Positions 57,984-64,000 of a stretch of DNA of 64,000 nucleotides are shown in pieces. Within the stretch, counting starts at the first letter, position 1; every line of letters begins with the position of its first letter. The DNA lies in NCBI RefSeq assembly GCF_009931435.1, contig NZ_CP043414.1. The stretch is one strand, 5' to 3'. The translations under genes were made by a program, and so were the position numbers. The notes under the pieces are model-generated. The model searched no databases. It was given only the letters and a program-made list of their open reading frames with translations, and was not told the origin of the DNA. Origin of the DNA: Escherichia coli (GTDB lineage: Bacteria; Pseudomonadota; Gammaproteobacteria; Enterobacterales; Enterobacteriaceae).

Positions 57984-58433
57984 GTGGCGATTAATTTCAG
58001 CCCTAAGGTTGGTGAAATACTGGAATGCAACTTTGGTAACTATTCTGTTAGCCAGAATGGACAGTTCAGCACGACGTATTACGATGGCCGCATTCCACCT
58101 GAGATGATAAAAAATAGGTTGGTTGTCGTGCTCAACGGAAAAATTAATGGCAACGCATGTATCGTCATTCCATTATCAACCACTCGCGACCATGACAAGT
58201 TAAATCGTGGAATGCATGTTGAAATAGCCAGTAATGTTATCAATGACCTGCAATTCTTTGATCAGCAGATACGTTGGGCTAAAGCCGACCTGGTACAACA
58301 AGTCAGTCGAAACCGATTAAACAGAGCAAGGACTTATCGGGGGTATCTTAATCAATGTTTGCCACATGAGTTGGTTGCAGACATACAGAGGGCAGTCATC
58401 AAGTCAATCAATGCCATATCGCTCATAAATTGA
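57984..58433 (+). CDS. MazF/PemK-fold toxin-like protein (probably the K-12 yifN locus equivalent)
   Basis: GTG at 57984 with aaggag SD 10 nt upstream. Translation aligns by eye to MazF/Kid motif order: KVGEILECNF (GDLIWVDF), KNRLVVVLN (RPAVVLS), ACIVIPLSTT (MCLCVPCTT), C-terminal LPHELVADIQRAVIKSINAISLI (APEELQLIKAKINVLIG). No antitoxin-sized ORF adjacent. Confidence 0.7.
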   Translation: MAINFSPKVGEILECNFGNYSVSQNGQFSTTYYDGRIPPEMIKNRLVVVLNGKINGNACIVIPLSTTRDHDKLNRGMHVEIASNVINDLQFFDQQIRWAKADLVQQVSRNRLNRARTYRGYLNQCLPHELVADIQRAVIKSINAISLIN

Positions 58434-58561
58434 CAATAAAATCACCATCCCCGATAATGACTCTGTAGCCCATAGAGGCCCTAAGTTTTCTCCCCCTTGA
58501 GGGACCTGCGAAGCCCGGATTTTCCGGGCTTTTGCCATATATGTCCCCCCTCCCTGACTGA

Positions 58562-58867
<306 letters not shown>

Positions 58868-58871
58868 CAGC

Positions 58872-58896
58872 AAGGCCTTCTCCGGGAGAAGGCCTT
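58872..58896. terminator. bidirectional hairpin terminator between convergent ppiC and ilvC
   Basis: Perfect inverted repeat aaggccttctcc-g-ggagaaggcctt (12-bp stem) placed 4 bp after the ppiC stop and 16 bp after the ilvC stop. Confidence 0.6.
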
Positions 58897-58912
58897 GAAC
58901 TCTGAATCGCTA

Positions 58913-60388
58913 TTAACCCGCAACAGCAATGCGTTTCATATCTGTCATATAGCCGCGCAGTTTCTTACCAACCTGCTCAATTGCATGGCTGCGAATTGCT
59001 TCATTTACATCACGCAGCTGCGCGTTATCTACCGCACCTTCCGGAATAGCTTTACCTAAGTCGCCCGGTTGCAGCTCTGCCATAAACGGTTTCAGCAACG
59101 GCACACAAGCGTAAGAGAACAGGTAGTTACCGTACTCGGCGGTATCAGAGATAACCACGTTCATTTCGTACAGACGCTTACGGGCGATGGTGTTGGCAAT
59201 CAGCGGCAGTTCGTGCAGTGATTCATAGTAAGCAGACTCTTCGATGATGCCGGAATCAACCATGGTTTCGAATGCCAGCTCAACGCCTGCTTTTACCATC
59301 GCGATCATCAGTACGCCTTTATCGAAGTACTCCTGCTCGCCGATTTTGCCTTCATACTGCGGCGCGGTTTCGAACGCGGTTTTGCCGGTCTCTTCACGCC
59401 AGGTCAGCAGTTTCTTATCGTCGTTGGCCCAGTCAGCCATCATGCCGGAAGAGAATTCGCCGGAGATGATGTCATCCATATGTTTCTGGAACAGCGGTGC
59501 CATAATCTCTTTCAGCTGTTCTGACAGCGCATAAGCACGCAGTTTCGCCGGGTTAGAGAGACGGTCCATCATCAGGGTGATGCCGCCCTGCTTCAGGGCT
59601 TCGGTGATGGTTTCCCAACCGAACTGAATCAGTTTTTCTGCATATGCCGGGTCGGTGCCTTCTTCCACCAGCTTGTCGAAGCACAGCAGAGAGCCAGCCT
59701 GCAACATACCGCACAGAATGGTTTGCTCGCCCATCAGGTCAGATTTCACTTCCGCAACAAAGGACGATTCCAGCACGCCAGCACGGTGACCACCAGTTGC
59801 TGCCGCCCATGCTTTAGCGATCGCCATGCCTTCGCCTTTCGGATCGTTTTCCGGGTGAACGGCAATCAGCGTCGGTACGCCAAACCCACGTTTGTACTCT
59901 TCACGCACTTCAGTGCCAGGGCATTTCGGCGCAACCATTACTACGGTGATGTCTTTACGGATCTGCTCGCCCACTTCGACGATGTTGAAACCATGTGAGT
60001 AACCCAGCGCCGCGCCGTCTTTCATCAGTGGCTGTACGGTGCGCACCACGTCGGAGTGCTGTTTGTCTGGCGTCAGGTTAACCACCAGATCTGCCTGCGG
60101 GATCAGCTCTTCGTAAGTACCCACTTTAAAACCGTTTTCGGTCGCTTTACGCCAGGATGCGCGCTTCTCAGCGATAGCTTCTTTACGCAGGGCATAAGAG
60201 ATATCCAGACCAGAATCACGCATGTTCAGGCCCTGGTTCAGACCCTGCGCACCACAACCGACGATGACCACTTTTTTACCCTGAAGGTAGCTCGCGCCAT
60301 CGGCGAATTCGTCGCGGCCCATAAAGCGACATTTGCCCAGCTGTGCCAGCTGCTGGCGCAGGTTCAGTGTATTAAAGTAGTTAGCCAT
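58913..60388 (-). CDS. ilvC: ketol-acid reductoisomerase (NADP+)
   Basis: Start trimmed to ATG at 60388 ([23 protein letters not shown]), 491 aa; the longer ORF extends across the ilvY promoter. Confidence 0.97.
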   Translation of the reverse strand: MANYFNTLNLRQQLAQLGKCRFMGRDEFADGASYLQGKKVVIVGCGAQGLNQGLNMRDSGLDISYALRKEAIAEKRASWRKATENGFKVGTYEELIPQADLVVNLTPDKQHSDVVRTVQPLMKDGAALGYSHGFNIVEVGEQIRKDITVVMVAPKCPGTEVREEYKRGFGVPTLIAVHPENDPKGEGMAIAKAWAAATGGHRAGVLESSFVAEVKSDLMGEQTILCGMLQAGSLLCFDKLVEEGTDPAYAEKLIQFGWETITEALKQGGITLMMDRLSNPAKLRAYALSEQLKEIMAPLFQKHMDDIISGEFSSGMMADWANDDKKLLTWREETGKTAFETAPQYEGKIGEQEYFDKGVLMIAMVKAGVELAFETMVDSGIIEESAYYESLHELPLIANTIARKRLYEMNVVISDTAEYGNYLFSYACVPLLKPFMAELQPGDLGKAIPEGAVDNAQLRDVNEAIRSHAIEQVGKKLRGYMTDMKRIAVAG

Positions 60389-60499
60389 GGTGATTCCTCG
60401 TGATGTTGTGCTTCTTATTGTTCGGTTCGCGTTTGCGAGATTGAATTCACTATATGACAGGAAATTTATTGCGGAAATTGATATATTCACAACGTCACA

Positions 60500-60514
60500 T
60501 TGCAATTTTTGCAA
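60500..60514. promoter_or_regulatory. candidate IlvY operator (LysR-type T-N11-A palindrome) in the ilvY-ilvC divergent region
   Basis: ttgcaatttttgcaa, a perfect TTGCA-N5-TGCAA dyad between the divergent ilvC and ilvY starts. Confidence 0.5.
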
Positions 60515-60537
60515 CATCAACATTGAGGGCTGCGCCA

Positions 60538-61428
60538 TTGGATTTACGCGATCTGAAAACCTTCCTGCATCTGGCGGAAAGCCGCCATTTTGGCCGCAGC
60601 GCGCGGGCGATGCACGTTAGTCCATCCACGCTTTCCCGACAGATTCAGCGCCTGGAAGAAGATCTCGGTCAGCCGCTGTTTGTGCGCGATAACCGTACGG
60701 TGACGCTGACCGAAGCGGGCGAAGAACTGCGCGTTTTCGCCCAGCAAACACTGTTGCAGTATCAGCAATTGCGCCACACCATCGACCAGCAAGGACCGTC
60801 GCTCTCTGGCGAATTACATATCTTCTGCTCGGTGACCGCTGCCTACAGCCATCTGCCGCCGATTCTTGACAGATTCCGCGCGGAACACCCGTCAGTGGAG
60901 ATCAAACTCACTACCGGTGATGCGGCGGATGCGATGGAAAAAGTGGTGACAGGGGAAGCGGATCTGGCGATTGCCGGGAAGCCGGAGACGCTGCCCGGTG
61001 CGGTGGCGTTTTCGATGCTGGAGAATCTGGCAGTGGTGCTGATCGCGCCTGCCCTACCGTGCCCGGTGCGTAATCAGGTTTCGGTAGAGAAGCCGGACTG
61101 GTCTACAGTGCCGTTTATCATGGCAGATCAGGGGCCGGTGCGCCGCCGCATTGAGTTGTGGTTCCGACGCAATAAAATCAGTAACCCGATGATTTACGCC
61201 ACGGTTGGCGGGCATGAAGCGATGGTTTCGATGGTGGCGCTCGGCTGCGGCGTGGCATTGTTGCCGGAAGTGGTGCTGGAAAACAGCCCGGAACCGGTGC
61301 GTAACCGCGTGATGATTCTGGAGCGTAGCGATGAGAAAACGCCGTTTGAGCTGGGCGTTTGTGCACAAAAAAAGCGGCTGCATGAGCCGCTGATTGAGGC
61401 TTTCTGGAAGATTTTACCGAACCATTAA
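60538..61428 (+). CDS. ilvY: LysR-family activator of ilvC
   Basis: HTH region [40 protein letters not shown]. Start placed at TTG 60538 to give about 296 aa; the longest ORF's ATG at 60454 would crowd the ilvC promoter. Start is uncertain. Confidence 0.88.
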   Translation: MDLRDLKTFLHLAESRHFGRSARAMHVSPSTLSRQIQRLEEDLGQPLFVRDNRTVTLTEAGEELRVFAQQTLLQYQQLRHTIDQQGPSLSGELHIFCSVTAAYSHLPPILDRFRAEHPSVEIKLTTGDAADAMEKVVTGEADLAIAGKPETLPGAVAFSMLENLAVVLIAPALPCPVRNQVSVEKPDWSTVPFIMADQGPVRRRIELWFRRNKISNPMIYATVGGHEAMVSMVALGCGVALLPEVVLENSPEPVRNRVMILERSDEKTPFELGVCAQKKRLHEPLIEAFWKILPNH

Positions 61429-62969
61429 CCCGCCAAAAAGAACCTGAACGCCGGGTTATGGGTTTCGTCGTGGCAATCGTAGCCCAGCTCATTCAGCCGG
61501 GTTTCGAAATCCGGTTCGTGGTCGCCAAGCTCGAACGCCGCCAGTACGCGCCCGTAGTCGGTGCCGTGGCTGCGATAATGGAAAAGCGAAATGTTCCAGT
61601 GGGTACCTAGCGTGTTGAGGAAGCGCAGCAGCGCACCCGGTGATTCCGGGAATTCGAAGCTGTAGAGACGTTCCTGCAACGGATGCGATGGACGCCCGCC
61701 AACCATATAGCGCACGTGTAGCTTCGCCATTTCGTCGTCGGAGAGATCAACCACGCTGTAGCCGCCATCGTTGAGCATCTGCAAAATTTCTCTTCGCTCT
61801 TCGAGCCCGCGGCTTAAGCGCACGCCGACGAAAATGCAGGCGTTTTTCGCATCGGCAAAGCGGTAGTTGAACTCGGTGACCGAACGCCCGCCAAGCAACT
61901 GGCAGAACTTCAGGAAGCTGCCCTTCTCTTCCGGGATGGTCACCGCCAGCAGCGCTTCACGTTGTTCGCCCAGTTCGCAGCGTTCCGAGACGTAGCGCAG
62001 GCCGTGGAAGTTCACGTTAGCACCGGAAAGAATATGCGCCAGCCGTTCACCGCGAATGTTGTGCTGAGCGATATATTTTTTCATCCCTGCCAGCGCCAGC
62101 GCGCCGGAAGGTTCCGCCACTGCGCGCACATCTTCGAATAAATCCTTCATCGCCGCACAGATCGCATCACTATCGACGGTGATGATGTCGTCGAGATACT
62201 CCTGGCATAAACGGAATGTTTCGTCGCCAATGCGTTTTACCGCTACGCCTTCAGCAAATAGCCCCACGCGCGGCAGATCAACCGGATGACCCGCATCCAG
62301 CGCCGCTTTCAGGCAGGCGGAGTCTTCCGCTTCAACGGCGATCACTTTGATTTGCGGCATCAGCTGTTTGATCAGCACCGCCACACCCGCCGCCAGGCCG
62401 CCGCCGCCGACCGGCACAAATACGCGATCGAGATGAGCGTCCTGCTGGAGCAGCTCCAGCGCCAGCGTGCCTTGCCCAGCGATCACCATCGGGTGGTCGA
62501 ACGGTGGCACCCAGGTGAAGCCCTGCTGCTGTGACAGTTCGATCGCTTTCGCTTTTGCTTCGTCAAAGTTCGCGCCATGAAGCAACACTTCGCCGCCAAA
62601 GCCGCGTACCGCATCAACTTTGATATCGGCGGTGGCGGTTGGCATGACGATCAGCGCCTTCACGCCTAACCGTGCGGAAGAAAACGCGACGCCCTGCGCG
62701 TGATTACCCGCCGAGGCAGTGATCACGCCATGCGCTTTTTGTTCTTCCGTCAGGCCCGCCATCATGGCGTATGCACCGCGCAGCTTAAAGCTGTGTACCG
62801 GCTGGCGATCTTCGCGCTTCACCAGAATCACGTTATCAAGACGCGACGAGAGCTTTTCCATTTTTTGTAGCGGCGTGACCTGCGCCGCCTCGTAAACCGG
62901 TGCACGTAGCACCGCTCTTAAATATTCGGCGCCTTCCGGAGCACCAGACAGGGGTTGTGAGTCTGCCAT
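61425..62969 (-). CDS. ilvA: threonine dehydratase, biosynthetic
   Basis: Start at the second ATG (MADSQPLSGAPEGAEYLRAVLRAPVYEAAQVTPLQKM), 514 aa; PLP-lysine motif SFKLRGA; start region overlaps the ilvD stop (TAATGATG). Confidence 0.96.
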   Translation of the reverse strand: MADSQPLSGAPEGAEYLRAVLRAPVYEAAQVTPLQKMEKLSSRLDNVILVKREDRQPVHSFKLRGAYAMMAGLTEEQKAHGVITASAGNHAQGVAFSSARLGVKALIVMPTATADIKVDAVRGFGGEVLLHGANFDEAKAKAIELSQQQGFTWVPPFDHPMVIAGQGTLALELLQQDAHLDRVFVPVGGGGLAAGVAVLIKQLMPQIKVIAVEAEDSACLKAALDAGHPVDLPRVGLFAEGVAVKRIGDETFRLCQEYLDDIITVDSDAICAAMKDLFEDVRAVAEPSGALALAGMKKYIAQHNIRGERLAHILSGANVNFHGLRYVSERCELGEQREALLAVTIPEEKGSFLKFCQLLGGRSVTEFNYRFADAKNACIFVGVRLSRGLEERREILQMLNDGGYSVVDLSDDEMAKLHVRYMVGGRPSHPLQERLYSFEFPESPGALLRFLNTLGTHWNISLFHYRSHGTDYGRVLAAFELGDHEPDFETRLNELGYDCHDETHNPAFRFFLAG

Positions 62970-62971
62970 CA

Positions 62972-64000
62972 TTAACCCCCCAGTTTCGATTTATCGCGCA
63001 CCGCGCCTTTGTCGGCGCTGGTTGCCAGGCTGGCGTAGGCGCGCAGGGCAAAGGAAACCTGACGTTCACGGTTTTTCGGCGTCCAGGCTTTGTCGCCACG
63101 GGCTTCCTGCGCTTCACGACGGGCCGCCAGTTCGGCATCGCTTACCTGTAACTGAATGCCACGGTTCGGAATGTCGATAGCGATCAGGTCACCATCTTCA
63201 ATCAGGCCAATGCTGCCGCCGCTTGCCGCTTCCGGCGAGACGTGGCCGATGGAAAGACCAGAGGTGCCGCCGGAGAAGCGTCCATCGGTGATCAGCGCAC
63301 AGGCTTTGCCGAGCCCCATTGATTTCAGGAAGCTGGTTGGGTAGAGCATTTCCTGCATGCCAGGGCCGCCTTTCGGGCCTTCATAGCGGATCACCACCAC
63401 ATCGCCCGCGACAACTTTACCACCGAGGATCGCGTCTACCGCGTCGTCCTGGCTTTCGTACACTTTCGCCGGGCCGGTGAATTTTAGGATGCTGTCATCG
63501 ACGCCTGCGGTTTTAACGATGCAGCCGTTTTCTGCGAAATTACCGTAGAGCACCGCCAGACCGCCGTCTTTGCTGTAGGCGTGTTCCAGCGAGCGGATAC
63601 AGCCATTGGAGCGATCGTCGTCCAGCGTATCCCAGCGGCAATCCTGCGAGAATGCCTGTGTAGTACGAATGCCCGCAGGGCCAGCGCGGAACATATTTTT
63701 TACCGCATCATCCTGGGTCACGACGATGTCGTATTGCTCAAGGGTTTGCGGCAACGTCAGGCCAAGTACGTTTTTCACATCACGGTTCAGTAACCCCGCG
63801 CGATCCAGTTCGCCGAGAATACCGATAACACCACCAGCACGGTGAACATCTTCCATATGGTATTTCTGGGTGCTCGGCGCGACTTTACACAGCTGCGGTA
63901 CTTTGCGGGAGAGCTTATCGATATCACTCATGGTGAAGTCGATTTCCGCTTCCTGTGCCGCCGCCAGCAGGTGAAGTACGGTGTTAGTCGATCCGCCCAT
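62972..64000 (-). CDS. ilvD: dihydroxy-acid dehydratase, C-terminal part (5' end outside window)
   Basis: ORF runs to the window edge; C-terminal sequence ...[11 protein letters not shown] is IlvD-like; stop at 62972. Confidence 0.95.
   Translation of the reverse strand: MGGSTNTVLHLLAAAQEAEIDFTMSDIDKLSRKVPQLCKVAPSTQKYHMEDVHRAGGVIGILGELDRAGLLNRDVKNVLGLTLPQTLEQYDIVVTQDDAVKNMFRAGPAGIRTTQAFSQDCRWDTLDDDRSNGCIRSLEHAYSKDGGLAVLYGNFAENGCIVKTAGVDDSILKFTGPAKVYESQDDAVDAILGGKVVAGDVVVIRYEGPKGGPGMQEMLYPTSFLKSMGLGKACALITDGRFSGGTSGLSIGHVSPEAASGGSIGLIEDGDLIAIDIPNRGIQLQVSDAELAARREAQEARGDKAWTPKNRERQVSFALRAYASLATSADKGAVRDKSKLGG

Overview
This window reads as an Escherichia coli-type chromosomal segment, the metE-to-ilvD region in reverse-complement orientation relative to K-12 as I recall it. 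Core gene order (strand in brackets): metE(-), metR(+), yigM(-), yigL(-), pldB(-), rhtB(+), rhtC(-), recQ(-), pldA(-), yigI(+), rarD(+), corA(-), yigE(+), uvrD(-), yigB/xerC/yigA/dapF/lptM(-), cyaY(+), cyaA(-), hemCDXY(+), GlmZ sRNA(-), aslA(+), aslB(-), tRNA operon argX-hisR-leuT-proM(-), yifK(-), the complete 12-gene enterobacterial common antigen cluster wecA..wecG(-), rho/rhoL(-), trxA(-), rhlB(+), gppA(+), rep(-), ppiC(+), ilvC(-), ilvY(+), ilvA(-), and a partial ilvD(-). Most CDS starts were refined from the longest-ORF track using remembered protein N-termini and start codon/Shine-Dalgarno positions. Non-coding features include ERIC and REP/BIME repeats, several hairpin terminators, a LexA box and an IlvY operator. 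Three places look accessory and are the best candidates for anything new: (1) an AT-rich two-gene module (282 aa protein plus a 165 aa membrane-anchored protein, ATGA-overlapped) between rarD and corA; (2) a 685 aa exported protein with internal repeats between lptM and cyaY; (3) a solitary MazF/PemK-fold gene between rep and ppiC. A truncated LysR-type regulator gene also sits at the window start where I expected ysgA. No CRISPR array, transposase or phage integrase was seen. All functional calls rest on reading the translations and on recalled family knowledge; no database search was run.
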